NCBI RefSeq assembly: GCF_018350175.1
Contig: NC_058368.1
Location: 177,260,001-177,324,000, forward strand
From: Felis catus
Lineage: Eukaryota
Reading direction: 5' to 3'
Length of the DNA stretch: 64,000 bases
Shown: positions 25,240-38,603 of the stretch, in pieces
How positions within the stretch are numbered: the first letter of the stretch is position 1
Layout: each line of letters begins with the position of its first letter
Made by a program: the position numbers and the translations under genes
The notes under the pieces: model-generated
Databases searched by the model: none
Seen by the model: the letters and a program-made list of their open reading frames with translations, nothing else
Told to the model about the DNA's origin: nothing

Positions 25240-25642
25240 GTAGGGACAGGAGCCCCGCCCCTGCTCTCAGGAAGCTTCCAGTCCGGAGGAAATAGACAAT
25301 ATACCGTGGTTGCTACGGTATACGCACGCGCCGGTGAATTCACGGGCTACATCCTGATCGCGCTAAGTGCTGTGAAGCGATTACGACCGTCTGCGAGCGT
25401 GCAGCGGGCTGTGGGACATCTGAACCAAGACCTCAAGGATACAAGCAGGAGCCGGTGGGGGACGTCCCAGGCCGGGGAAACACATGCAAAGGCTGTAAGG
25501 TGGGTATGTCCCTGGACCAAACTGGCAGGAGGGGCACTTGGTCTCCCCGATAAGGGAGGGAGGTTTGGGTGGAGGGGTGACGCTTTCGGATTTGGACATT
25601 GCAGGTGCCTGAGAAATAGTCACGTGAAGCTGACTCGGGCTG

Positions 25643-25644
<2 letters not shown>

Positions 25645-25702
<58 letters not shown>
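25645..25702. repeat. (GA)~29 microsatellite
   Basis: Read directly. Confidence 0.97.
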
Positions 25703-25704
<2 letters not shown>

Positions 25705-26304
25705 CAGGCTTTCGAAGAAGAGCCCAGACGCTGAGTCGGGAAGGATGTTGCATTTAGGACAAGGGCACAGGAAGACAAGCCAGCGACAGAGGCGGAGAAG
25801 GAGCAGCTGTAAAGGTAGGGTGGCTGCTCCCAGAGCTTGGAAAGCCTTCCTCTCTGAAGAGTTGCCTCCGGCCTGGCCGGGCCTCCCGGGGAACAATGCC
25901 TGTCCACTCATCATGCCGCGGGACACCTAATCCTGCTTTCCCCTCCTTCAGCACAGCGCCCCATTCTCCCGATGGCCAGGCTCCGGTCGCAACAGCAAAC
26001 AGCCCGGCCCGGCCCTAGCCTCTCTTGTCCTTGGGAGTGTTCCCTGCAGCCCATCTGCACAAACAGACGGGGGCCAGGTCTGCGCCTCAGGAATGAGAAG
26101 ATAAAAGGGACCATCGGGGCTTTTTCCACCAAAGGCGAAAGCATTTTATAGAACGGGCTGCGAGTTTTTGTTTCAGGAAATTTCATCATGTCTCCAAGAA
26201 GGGGAGGGGGAAAATGAGAGAGGGAGAGGTGGTGGTGGGGGAGAGAAGTTAATTGGCCTCAGATTTTCTCACTCCCTTTTCATGTTGGTAACACGAGGCG
26301 GCCC

Positions 26305-26321
26305 AGGTCAGCCTCAGGTCA
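26305..26321 (+). promoter_or_regulatory. Perfect DR5 nuclear-receptor element (RAR/RXR RARE consensus)
   Basis: AGGTCA GCCTC AGGTCA in non-repetitive DNA; function not shown. Confidence 0.5.
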
Positions 26322-26779
26322 GCGACGTTTGGGCTCTTTAGTGCCCCTCTGTGAATACCTCATTTCTGTAATAGTTTTTCCTTTAAAAACAGCTCTGCCT
26401 TCTTTGGCAGATGGTGACATTCCATTAGCATATGGAATATTTTTCAAAACACATCCGAAAGCATGTCTCTTACGGAGGAGACTGGGCAAAAGCAAACGAA
26501 TGTTTGAAAAGTATGTTGGGAGCAACTCAACATTTAACAGAAGGCTCCCACTCCACCGCCCCCATCCTGCCCCTCCCCGCCATGGCTCCCGGGCTGTTCC
26601 TGTAACCAACAAGAGGAGAGGATTTTCCCCCAAAGCTTGTCTGTTGGCTTTACTTTGACCGTCACAGTGCACAGAGGGTAGCTAGAGAGAGCCTGAACCC
26701 AAGAGGATAAAGAGCACATTTCTTGGACTGGAATGGACATTGGCAAGCTTTTGTGGATGTGGCACCGGGGGTAGTGATG

Positions 26780-27400
26780 CACACTGCTTGTTCATTGAAC
26801 ACTTACTGTGTGCCAGATGCTGTGTGTGACATACGTTACTGTCTTTCCTGCTGAGATCCATCTACCACACTGTAGGCAGAGTGATCTCTTGAACCTCTAA
26901 GTCAGAGGTCACTGCCCTGCCCAACACACTCCAGTGGCTGGCCATTGTGCTTAGTTAGAATCAAGTTCAAACTCATTGTCATGACGCAGCAATCTAGCCC
27001 CTGCCTGCCTCCCCAATCACAGTTCCCTCTGTCACTCCCACTCCAGCTGTGGGGCTGGCTTCCCATTCCTTATTTCTGCCTCAGGGCCTTTGCATGTGCG
27101 GTTCCCTCTGCTTAGCATGCGTTTCCTCAGTTATTCATTATGGCTGCTCCCTCATCATTCAGGTCTCAGCTCAAATACCCTCTTCTCCTAGGAGCCTTCT
27201 CTTACATGTCACTCTCCGTTGCATCCTGTGTTCTATTTATTCCACAGTACTCACCCGTTTATTACTTTGTTTACTTGTATTTATTCAAGACATATTTATT
27301 GAAGGCTTACTATGTGCCAGGTACCGAGGCAGGCAGTGACAGAACAAATATCCCTGCTCCTGGGAAGCCTACAGTATGACACGGGAAGGCACATGATAAA
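26780..27400. mobile_element. L2 fragments
   Basis: cagggcctttgcatgtgcggttccctctgc...cattcaggtctcagctcaaat; ttattcaagacatatttattgaaggcttactatgtgccagg. Confidence 0.7.
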
Positions 27401-30400
27401 CAAATTGTATGGTTTCTGATATCCCTTATCAGAAGTGTAAACTTCCTGAAGTCTGGGACCTTATTTTTGTTCTTTAGAGTCCATTTTGGGCATGGTAACC
27501 ACATAGTTAAATAAAGGACTGGACCCCATTGTATAAACAGTGGCATTGAGGACGACAGAACAGAAAGTGGTTTTCAAAACGGCAGAGCAAGGATCTGAAT
27601 CCAGCTCTGTGTGATTCTGAAGAGGGCTCCCTACAAGGCCGGCCCAGTCCAAGGCCTCTTGCAGGGTGCCTTCCCTACTGTTTCCTCCTCCCAGCCCAAT
27701 ATCTGGGTCCTCCTCGTCTCCCCCACCGCCATCTGACCTATCTCATGACTGTGCCTTCAGCTCCCCACTCTCTGTGGGGCTACTAGGTTTCTGTGTCACT
27801 CTGGGCCATATCCGTGAGCTCCCTGAGGCCCAGGTCCCTGGTCAAAGTGAGAATTTAAACCACAGTAGATTTGCCAAAGCTCTCGAGGTTCTGGTATCTT
27901 GAGTTCTGATTAACTGATCTGTAAATTGGGTTCAGGACAGGTTGAAAACTAATTTTGATTTCTGCAGCCCCAGCTGAATAGTAATGTCAAGGGCCAACAC
28001 AGTCTCAGTGGCTATCTCTTCTCAGACTCTTATTTCTAGCCCTCTACTCAGCTCACTCTGCTGCTCCAGGGATAGAAGCCCAATTCACAATTGCCTGGGC
28101 AAAGAAAGGCATTGATCGGCTCATATTACACAGGAACCCAGGAAAGGGCTAAGCTTTAGGCATGGATCTGGGAGCCTCCAGCTATGTCATCAGCCCTTGG
28201 GTCTCACTCTCCCTCCCTGCCCAGCTCTCCTGTCTCATGGTCTCGTTTGAAGACAGGCTCTCTGTGCACACGGTGGCCAGGTGACCGCTAACAACCCTAG
28301 GGGCACATCCTATCCTCTGGGTATCTCTGGGTGGAACAATGTCTCTCTTCCTGGCAGGCCCAAAGAACCCTGGACTCAAGACCCCTTGGCTCGGATTGGC
28401 TCACGTGCCCACTCTGAAAGCCATGGCTGTGGTCAGTAAAATGTGATGCTCTGGCTGGCCAGGCCTGGGTCACAGGCCTGGAACCAGGGCCCGGGGGTCT
28501 AGCCCACACAAACCATACAGACTGAGAAGGGAAGGGAGGCAGATCCCAAGGGAAGAGCAGGGTGCTGAGGTCCAAAAACAAAGGAGGGCAGAGGCCGGGG
28601 AGATAAAACCCCGGGTCTGCTGCTCCTGACACCAGGCATACATTTTCCCCATGGCGAGTGACGAAGTTTGCATGTTCTTCCAGGCTCAGCTCAAATGCTG
28701 CCTCCTGCCCCATCCGTGGAACAGGGACTAAACCCTCCATACCCGAACCCCTCTCCTGCCTTCCACTTTCCCCTAAGTGTTGTAGCTAGTAGTGTGCACA
28801 TCTGAGGGCCTGCAGGTGGAGAGGGTGAAGAGTCCGCCTTTGGGGACACAGGGTTTGGGTTCAGATCTCACCCTGCTGTTCATTGATTTGGTGACCAAGG
28901 ACTAGGTACTTCTTCGTGATCATTCCTCTCCCCAGGAGCTGCTTGGGACGAAGCCAGCCCAGCCTGGGTTCACAGAGGGCTTTTGATTTCCTACCTGCCA
29001 CTCTCTAACCCTGTGTCCCCAGCCCTGATCACAGGCACTGGTACATGTGTGTTGAATGAACAGACCCGTAGTGTGATTTCAGAGCTGTCAGGGTGCCCTA
29101 GGGTCTCCCCTTTTGTGGCATTCAGATTCAAAGTGAGCCCGTCAGGTGAAAAACCACAGTCAGAGACTCTTGAAAACTCTCGTGATGTGAATGCAGTACC
29201 ACACATAAGGTGTGTGTGGTATGACCCAGGACAGCAATTCTCACACCCGTTTAGAGGTTGAGAACCCCCAGGCTGATCAGGGAAGACGAGACAAGTCTAA
29301 ACACAGACACTCGGTCACTCAAATGATTCTGCTCTTAAAAGGACTATCAGGAGGGATGGAGAGTTACGAGGGGAAAAGGAGAAGAGAAAGTGGGAAGTTC
29401 TGAATTTCAAATTGCCTGCAAGTTTCACTCCATTCTGGCTTAATGTGCAGCCTTATTTTCTAAGTTTAATACATGTCAAGAGACTTGTTTGTTATGCGGA
29501 GAACATTTGTGACCATATATGTAAGTGCGTGGAGGACAGTGTGAAGCACAGAGTGGGGGCCCCGTGAATGTGATGGACCAAACCCAAGTCTTGCTCGGTG
29601 GTCTGACATGCAGCGATTCCCTGGGTTGCTGTAGAGGTCTCAGCTGCCTGCATCTCCTGCTGGCGGCTGCACCAAACTGACTCTCGCACTCGCTTTGAGA
29701 CATCGGTCACTGACATGTAGGTCCTAAAGCCTGGGGTGAAAGTCAGGCGGCATGGACGTAGTTGCGCTGCTGCTCCCGCCTCCATAACCCTGTGGCTGGG
29801 GTGTAAAATCCCGGCAAGTGAAGCTGACCTTGGTCCCTTTTCCCTGAGTCTTGGTTAGCAGCATATTACTTTCAGGACAAGTACGTAACCTCAACCACCT
29901 CCTCTCCCCCTTCCCATCCCTCAAAGCCACCCAGCCCTTGAGTCAAGAGCACTGCGGCATTGTTATTCCAGGAACGAAGGTTTATCCTGTGTTTTTGCAG
30001 GCCGTGTGATTTCCGGGCCAGCCGCGTCAAGCCTCTGGGTGTGACTTTAGCCATACTGTGTCATGATTGCAGTGTCCCTTGGGGAGAAAGGAAACTGTGA
30101 GGTCCAAAGGGCCCTAGAATCCAGAGGTGCGTCCAAAGGCCGAGAGGCTTCCTGCGGAAGCCCAGGTCCTTCCCACCGGCGTTTGCACGCTTCGACTGTC
30201 ATTACCCACGTTGCAGTTCTCCTGACTGTGGTCTCTGAAACCACGCCTTTCCTTGGCCTAGGGCGGGCCAAGGCCAGCGGCGCTGGTTCTTTGTGGAATG
30301 GCAGAAACACTGGCTCCCTGTGCTGACCCGCTGATTAACAACAGCCTGGAGTCTGACTCCCATCTCTGCGTGTGAGTGCTCAGAGGTCAGGAATTGAGCG

Positions 30401-31069
30401 GGCTTTTTGCTGTCAGATCTCTTCGTGGCGGGTCACCAATCTTCACGCCGTGGAACCAGTGTCAGCTCCTGTTTCTTGTGCATTTTTCTTCTGCCACCAA
30501 CTTGCAGCCTCCCTCGCGGTTTGCCTGGTCGAGTCCCAGAGCGACAGAGCCTCCTCAGGTCAATTACTTGAACGGACTGGGAGGAGCTTTTTTGTCCTGG
30601 CCTCCTCATAGGTCACCAACCAGCCAATGAAGGGGCTGCCCTTGAATCAGGTGCGCATCTTTTGTCCAACCCTTGACCATCCTTTGTTGAAGCACCCCTG
30701 AAGCACAGCGGGCTTGGGTGGACTGTTTCCCTTAGGAGGGCACTTACGGGTGGCTGATACCACCCGTCCCCTCCTGACTCCCTGCCCATCTCTTTGGTAA
30801 ATGCTGACAGGGTCAATATAACTGACTGATAACGTACGAACTGCATATTCCTGAAATGACTTGGAGGTCTTAAGGTTCAAGGGGCAGATGCCCCTGTTCT
30901 TTACTGCATCAGAAGGCTCTCCAGGAAGGCTAGCAGTTTCTGCACATCCTGTACTGCAGTACCTACCAAAGTGTGACTTTTTGTTTTCACAATTCCAAGA
31001 TCTGGCATAAGGCCTGACACTTGGGCAGCCCTTGGGAGGCCCTTGGAGCAGCTACAAAAATGTAGAGAT

Positions 31070-31217
31070 GGGGCACCTGGGTGGCTCATTTGGTTAGGAG
31101 TCTGACTCTTCGTCTTGGCTCAGGTCTTGATCTCAGGATTGAGAGTTCACCCCTGCATAGGGCTCTGTGCTGGGTGTGAGGCCTACTTAATTAAAAAAAA
31201 AAAAAAAAAAAAAAAAA
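31070..31217 (+). mobile_element. Short Can-SINE
   Basis: Head ggggcacctgggtggctca and a long poly-A tail. Confidence 0.85.
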
Positions 31218-32104
31218 GCAGGGATGCTCAAATAAAATAAGGATGAGCCGTACTGACACATTTAAGGCAGAGTTCTCTGGCCAAAGGGCTTTGGTCTATT
31301 GCCACCATTACTTGATTTTGTTGGATTGGCTTTTACATCTCATTAATATACTATATTTCACTTTCTCTGTAGTCTCTTTGAAATGTTTCCCAATGCGTGT
31401 CCTCTGGGATGATAGTTCCATGGATACTAAATAAGTATTATAAGTGAAAAAAGATTGCGTGGTGGAGTTTGAAAAATGCGGACTAAAAGAAATTCAAGCA
31501 CATTTTTTTAAACTGCAGGTCTTATCAGAGCCTTTAATGGGCTAACGCATGCTGTTGCTGCCCATGAAGGTAGTGGAGGCTTTTGTGTTTCCCACATTTA
31601 TTTGATCTTGGAATCATTTTTTTCCCCCTGTGACTATCTCACAGGAGTAGTACTCTAAGGGGAAACACACTGAGAAATGCTACTCTAGACAGTAAGGGAA
31701 TACTATCTTTCCTTTCTATTGGATATGTGGGACTTAGGTCATTTGCTCATTTGTCTGATCCATTATCGCCAGATGGGGAAGACACGCATGTGTCACCGGA
31801 TGAGACTGTCCGTCTTCAGAGAGGTTGCCTGCTCTTCCTGTTGGCCCACTAGTTATGGGTTGTGGTTGTTACAGTGACGGGGAAGGTTGCTGCAGACCCA
31901 TGGGGGGATTATGCGTAAACGGTGTGTACATTTGGGGCAGCCTCTTTGAATTGGGTTGGAGTCACAGCATTGTCTACCCCAAGAGAACACGATGAAGTAT
32001 ATAAAGTCCCCTAATAGCCTGGTTTCTGTCTTCAAGCATGTAGCACTTTAAGACTCCAGGGAAGCTGAGGTGGCTAGAGAAGGGGTTGGTGTATTACTTC
32101 TCCT

Positions 32105-32340
32105 GTGTTTCTCACCCTCAGCACTGTTGCTGTTTGGATGGGATCATTCCTGATCCCAGGAGGGGTGCTGGCTTGTGCACTGTAGGATGTTGGGCGGCAT
32201 CCTTGGCCTCTACCCCCAAGAGGCCAGTAGCACAGAGTGCCTACCCCTTGCCCCACTGTGACAACCAAAAATGTCTCCAGACGTTGCTACGTGTCCTCTG
32301 GGGGGGGGGGGGAAGATTTGCCCCTGATTCACAACCATTG
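32105..32340. mobile_element. MER20-like hAT MITE
   Basis: tgtgcactgtaggatgtt...catccttggcctctaccc...gtgacaaccaaaaatgtctccagac, typical MER20 phrases. Confidence 0.85.
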
Positions 32341-32494
32341 TTTTAAGGAAAGCTTGACCAAAGTCTGTGAAAGGCTTTCAGGATATATTACTGTACTCCC
32401 AGAAAAAGGCAAATAGTGCAGTCATGCTCAGAGCATGGTCTGACAGCCTATAAGAACTGCCGACTAATGAAACTCTCCTTTCGGGGCATTTCCT

Positions 32495-32707
32495 TTTTTT
32501 TTTTTTCCTTCTTTTTTTAAATGTTTATTTATTTTGGGGAGAGACAGAGTGTGAGAAGGGGAGGGGCAGAGAGAGAGGGAGACACAGAATCTGAAGCAGG
32601 CTCCGGTCTCTGTGCTGACAGCTCAGCACATGGGGCTTGAATTCACGGACCATGAGATCATGACCTGAGCCAAAGTTGGACGCTCAGCTGACTGAGCCAT
32701 TCAGGTG
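32495..32707 (-). mobile_element. Can-SINE
   Basis: SINEC body. Confidence 0.85.
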
Positions 32708-33052
32708 TGGGTCATTTTCTTAACTCATCCTTAAGGCTCATGTGTCTGTTGAGGTTCTTGTTGCAAGATACAGAAAATTCAATCCAAAATGGTCTAAGCA
32801 GAAAAAGGAATTTTTTGGCTCATGAGATGGAATAGTTCAGTGTAGTGTGAACTTCAGGTACAGCTGGATCCAGGCGCTTAAGTAGTGTTATCAAGAACGT
32901 TTCCAACCCTTTGCCATGATTTCCTCGATACTGGTTCCATTCTTAGACAGGCTCTTCCCATGTGGTAGTGAGATGGCTGCTGTGGCTCCAGCTTACTCCT
33001 CACCACAACGCATCTGATGGAAAACAGAGACCTTCTTTTCCATCACAGTTTG

Positions 33053-33275
33053 TTTTTTTTTTTTTCAACGTTTTTTATTTATTTTTTTTTGGGACAGAGA
33101 GAGACAGAGCATGAACGGGGGAGGGGCAGAGAGAGAGGGAGACACAGAATCGGAAACAGGCTCCAGGCTCCGAGCCATCAGCCCAGAGCCCGACGCGGGG
33201 CTCGAACTCACGGACCGCAAGATCGTGACCTGGCTGAAGTCGGACGCTTAACCGACTGCGCCACCCAGGCGCCCC
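33053..33275 (-). mobile_element. Young SINEC_Fc-type Can-SINE inside an older MLT1-like LTR
   Basis: CpGs intact; perfect 14-bp TSD TCCATCACAGTTTG at 33039-33052 and 33276-33289. Confidence 0.95.
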
Positions 33276-34079
33276 TCCATCACAGTTTGAATGAATGTCC
33301 TGTGTTGGCCCAGGAAACTATGCTACTCTCATTAGCTACACCTGATTCACACACCTCTCGCTGGAGGGAGGGGAGGAGTCCACACCAATTGAACCATTCA
33401 GTTGGGAATGGAGAAGGGATATTTCTTCAGAGAACTGGGATGGTTACCTGAAGAGAGGTGGATGGATGCTGGTCAGACAAGCATCTCTATTGCCCCATTA
33501 ATGATAAAAACTGTAACAACAATAACCAGCAGTGGCAGCCCGCAATTGTGGAACATGAGTGCCATACTGGATCCTACCCTGCCTTATTCCTAATCCCAAT
33601 CAGTATCTTGGGAGATAAGTGTAGTTATCCCATTGTACGGACAGGTAAACAGAGTCTCAGAGGGAGATGAAATGACATAGCCAAAGTCACCCTGCCCACC
33701 GCAGCTGAGCCACAGACGTGAAGCACCATTTGGCCTCTTGTAGGGCCCCCTGCCTATCTGTCTTTTGCTCTGCAGCAGTCCGGAAGGTTTCATGAGGTCT
33801 GTTTGGTGATAGTCTGGAAAGAGGTGGGGGGATAGTGGAGGGCCACCAGCCTTCCGGCCACTGTCCGACCTGCCCAAAATTCTCTTGGCAGTTTGGTGCC
33901 AGTTTGTGACAGTCATTCTGTAAGGGCCATTCTAGAGAGAGAAAGCTTGGTTGGCGTTTCCAGGCTTTGCCCTGTTTTGCCCGCTTGGTCTCTTTTCCTG
34001 GCCTCATTCTTTGTCCATGACCTGCTATTCTATCTACCCCCCCCCCCACTCCGTCCCCCACCCCCACCCCGCCCCGGGT

Positions 34080-34320
34080 GAATTAATAACAATAGCTAAC
34101 ATTTCTTCAGGGCTTACCATATACTGGGCACTGTGCCAAGGAATTTCCATGACATAAATTTCATAAAACTTCCTCAAATGCCATATGTCGATGCTACTGC
34201 GATTCCCATTTTACAGACAAAGTAACTGAGACTTGGACAGGCTAGGTGACGTGCCCAAGGTCACCCTGCCAGTCGATGGGAGAACTGGGACCTGAATCCG
34301 GGCAGATCCCGTCGCCTTGA
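34080..34320. mobile_element. MIR (further MIR fragments near 24600, 33650, 35750, 37230, 41300, 44000, 44480, 47600, 58400, 60170)
   Basis: cccattttacagacaaagtaactgagacttggacaggctaggtgacgtgcccaaggtcac matches the MIR core. Confidence 0.8.
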
Positions 34321-36149
34321 CCGTGACACAAAACTGCAGAAGTTGCAACCCGTGGCCTGTGAGTCAAATTTGGCTTACAGATATATTTTGTTTGGCCCAT
34401 GTAGCGCTTTTGAAAAAAAGAAAAAAAAAAAAACATTTGAATTAGTGGCCAATGTTTAAAAATTGGGAACCTGCACATTAAAAAACAAAATCCGTTCTTT
34501 CCTGCTTGTCTTGAAAAAAAGCAGAAGATTGGCGATCCTGGGTCCGCGTTCCCGAGTGGCAGGGCTTGGCGGGAGCTGACGGCCCCGGGCCCGGCTGTCT
34601 CCACTGCCGCAGTCCCCATCGCTCCCTCTTGCCTTCCCAACACTGTGGGTCAGTGGTCAAGGCTCATCATGTGTGTTCTGGTGTTTCCTTTACGTGCTTC
34701 ATGGTTTACCTGCACAGCCTCAGAGGGTGTCTGAGCTGCCCGCCCCACCTCCCCGATTCTGACCACAGTGGTTTGGGGTTGCTGATAGTCCTGCACAAAT
34801 TAGGTGGAAAGAGCTCTCACTGGTGAAGGTCTGACTTGGACACTGGAACAGTTGGAAAGAGCCCCACTTTTCCTCCAGTGCCCCAACCGCCACCCCGCCC
34901 CCCGCCCCCCGCCATCTTCCGTTTATTGACCATGCAGGGCCACTTTCTTGGCGGTGCTTGCCTTGGGTACATGGCTGTTTTTTTTTTTTTTTTCTTGCTC
35001 CCCTCAGAGCGCCCAACCATTTTCTCTCCAATCCTCCTCAGGAGAACCATCACTCGGATTATCATGAAACCCGAGTGCATGAGCATGAGGCACAACCTTT
35101 TACGACCGACGGACCATTTCGTTTCTGCCCGGTTCTGTTTGTTTAAACTCTTTGCTGGCAGGACCCCGGCTCAGGGGCAGAGTTCCATGGCGTTCTCCGG
35201 CAGATGTTCTGGCCTGTGGCAGGGGCCTGCGTGAAGGAGCCAGGACAGGAGAGCTGGTGGCTGGAATCCAGGCTGTGGGGGGGGGGGGGGGGGGTTGAAG
35301 GGCGCCTCACAGGTGTGCTCAGGGAGGAGAGGCATTTGGGATGAAAACACCGGCTCACGATACTTTTGTAGATGGGATTTACCGGCCCCCTTTCATGCAT
35401 GAGAACGCCGAGGCTGAGAGGGGCGAAGGCACCTCGGAGAGGTGAATGTCACAGAGCTGGTTGAGGAGAGAAGAGGAAAGAAATACCGTGTGTTGTTTAC
35501 GGCATAAGGGTATGCCAAATTTCAGGCGGGCGGGTGATGATGAGAGCAGCTGACAGGCACAGTGGAGGCCCGAGAGAACTTCTGCAGTGTGGACACCATA
35601 ACCAGCCTCTGTTCGGGCATGACTGCCTCACCTGGGATCACAGAGTGGGTAGACGGGAGGATGTCGGCCTCTGCTTAGACGGGGTCCTGGCCCTGCTGCG
35701 GGCCAGCTGAGTGACCTTACGTGAGTCGTGGAACCTCCATGAGCTTCAGTTTCCTCATCCGTGGAATGGGAGGGGAGGTGGCGACAGGAAGGAGTGGTTT
35801 ATGGGGCTTTCATGAGGCATACATGCGACAGTGCGGGAAGGCGTGGAGCATGAAGCCTTGGTGTGAGGCCTTGCACACAGTGGGGCATCGGCAAAGACCA
35901 TCCAGAGCCCTTTCTGGGAGGCAGGGGCCAGAGGCCAGGGTTAAACTCCAGCCCCTCAGGTTCCTACCTGGGTGACTGGGGCAACATCACAGGCCCTCGC
36001 AGGGTTCCTGCTTCCTGGTTTGTAAAGTGGCTGGGGTGGGGGATAATTCTCCCTCACAGGTTTGTTGGAGGATGAGAGGGTACAGTACAATTATGAGTGG
36101 CCAGGCTTTTCTCCTGCCCAGGCCCGGGCTAACCTCTGAGGGTCAGGAT

Positions 36150-36155
<6 letters not shown>

Positions 36156-36198
<43 letters not shown>
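36156..36198. repeat. (CA)n microsatellite preceded by (CG)3
   Basis: Read directly. Confidence 0.96.
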
Positions 36199-36202
<4 letters not shown>

Positions 36203-38603
36203 CCTTTCCTCCAGGGGATTAAGATGAACAGGACAGGTGCTCAGGGTAGCCTCACACACAGACCTGTGGAACTAGCCAGCTTCCACACAAACAGAGCAAG
36301 AGGCAGAAAGCCAGGCAACCTCTCCTGAGGGCCTACTATGCCCATACACTTTGCCTACCTCAAGTGCATTAACTTCTTAGTCACAAACTCAGGCATGCAA
36401 AAATGTCGCTTTGTTTCTGGAACACAGGCTGACAACCGGTTTCCCAGCTCCCAGAGTTCCTTGCGTGCCTCGTGGCAGCTGCTTAATCTGGTCATTTTCC
36501 GACTTGCCTCGCTCCAGCCCAGGGACTTCGGCTCTGTCAATTACCACTGAGTCACCGTCGGATTTGACTGGCCCTCCTTCCCCGGTTCCTCTCTCCTCTT
36601 GGAGGGATGCAGTGGGGGCTCCGCTCCTCCCTTGGCCCCCCTCACTTCTCTCTAGCCTGGCCCCCTCAGCCTGGGGGACTGTTCCAGCAGAGGTCAAATG
36701 GTGGCCTTGACCTCTGGCTAGTGCTGGCCCTAGAGCCTGGTGAGATCTCAGAGACCTCGAGCCCCTGAACGTGGCTGGAGGTCGGCTGGGGCCATTCAGG
36801 AAATGCAGGGACGTGAAGCTCTCCTCCTATTTTCTCAGTTGCTGACCGCTCTGCCATCTGCATAGCCCTCCCTGTGCCCCTGAGGTGGGGACACATCAGT
36901 CTTCCCAAATTTCAGGAATGCTGTTGCCTGTGCACCCACAATAGGGTCTCATACTGGTGATAACCTTTGGGATTGGAAGCAGTCATGAACCCATTTTGCA
37001 GAACTATGTGCTCAGGGAGATGGTTAATTGCTTCAGGCCATTCAGTGGGGAATTTAGCATTTGGACCCAGGGCCATCTGATTCCAGAACTTGTCCTCCAT
37101 TTACTTCATAGCACTGCCTCGAAGGTACCGTTCCCAAGAAACCCAAGTTCTGATAGCAGGAGAAGCGATGTCTGCTAAACAGTTCATAAAACATGCTTTC
37201 GGAGTCTATTTCCATGGAGGAAACAGAGGCTCAGGAAGGAGGAGTCACTTACCCAAGGTCAGACAGCTAAGAGGCTGAATCAGGATTCAGGTTCAACTGA
37301 AGGTTCAACCTTCCAGTGCTGGATTCCCAACTCCTTGCTGTCCCGGCCCCAGAAGGTCTCCTGACTGGGGAAGCCATCAGCCGAGTCTGAGGATGACATG
37401 GCTGTCCACTGGATGTCATTATTTCTCTACCAAAAGCTAGCTAGGCCTTCTCCTTGGCAGGAGAATAGGATGTTCCCCCTTCCCTGGGCAAGGAAGTCAT
37501 GGGACGCTCAGGTGTGGACTCCCTCTCTTTTGGCCAGAAGACAGGAGGTAAAGCCTGCTTCCTGTTTTCCTGGAGCGGGGAAGTTCTGTGCGCAAGCTGA
37601 CCGTCTCCCTCCTGGAGACCTGTGAGCATTGCACCCCTTCTTCGTCCTCTCTGGCCCCTCCCTGTGTCTCGGCCCGTATCTCCTGTTACTCTGCCTTCCC
37701 CCAGTCTCTCAAAAAATATTCTTCCAAAACACTGCTTTCGTACGGGAACAAGGATGCTGTCTCTGCCCCCAGGATTCACGTCAGTTCGGAGCCACAGTCG
37801 CTGGGCAGTGATGCTCCGCCAAGCCCCGTGCTGCCTGCCGCCCGGTGCCGAGGATACAGAAGCAACAGGAAATGCCCTTGGCCCCAACGGGGAGGCCGGC
37901 ACGGGCTGGACAATTTCAACCCGAGGAGGTCAGGGGTAGACACGGAGATTACAGGGGAGGGGAGCACAGGCATTTCTGGGGAAATCAAGACAATGAGGAG
38001 GATGGCGGGAGGAGCGGGGAAAGGATGTGCTAGCCAGAGGCACAACCCATCAAAATGAGAAAGGGTGTGTGTGTGCCAGGAAGTGCTGTATGATTGGAGC
38101 CTGAAGTGAAAGACAGGGTGGGGCGGGAGACAGCCAGACTGGCACAGAGAAGGGCTTCCTTGAAGAAGAGGCCCGGGGTCCCTGCCATCGTCCACATCAC
38201 CTAAAGAATCCACCCTCCAGCTCCCGCCGTCCATGGCACACGCACACATCAGACAGTGAGGAGAGGCCCCGCGTTCAGCCTCCTGACTTTTGGTCCGGCT
38301 ATTAGCAAACGGCCTCGGGAAGGTCAGGTGACCTCTCTAAGCACTGGTTTTCCTATGCGCAAAATGAGAACACCTAGGACGCTGTGGGATCGTGGATGTG
38401 GAAGGTACTTTGGATAAAGCAAAAAAAAAAAAAAAAAAAAAAGGGCTATTCTGGTATTTGTCAAATGAATGTTATGAAAGCATTTATCACAATAATTTTC
38501 ATTAAATATTCTAAGAGTGAGGTCCAAATGACCACTGGACATGCAGGGAATGAGGGAAAGATTTGAGTTAACCAGTTGGGGGGCAGACTCGGTAATAACC
38601 AAT

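Noticed and set aside
24420..25926. Longest ORFs in the window (168-220 aa, both strands)
   Set aside because: They overlap in several frames in GC-rich, MIR/L2/(GA)n-containing DNA, are low in complexity, and show no recognisable domain or exon structure.
36688..36716. 10-bp inverted repeat CAGAGGTCAA...TTGACCTCTG
   Set aside because: Too short for a pre-miRNA, and such stems occur by chance in 64 kb.
38321..38334. Perfect inverted half-sites AGGTCA-GG-TGACCT
   Set aside because: IR2 spacing is not the ERE (IR3) or FXR (IR1) geometry, and it lies in MIR-like sequence.
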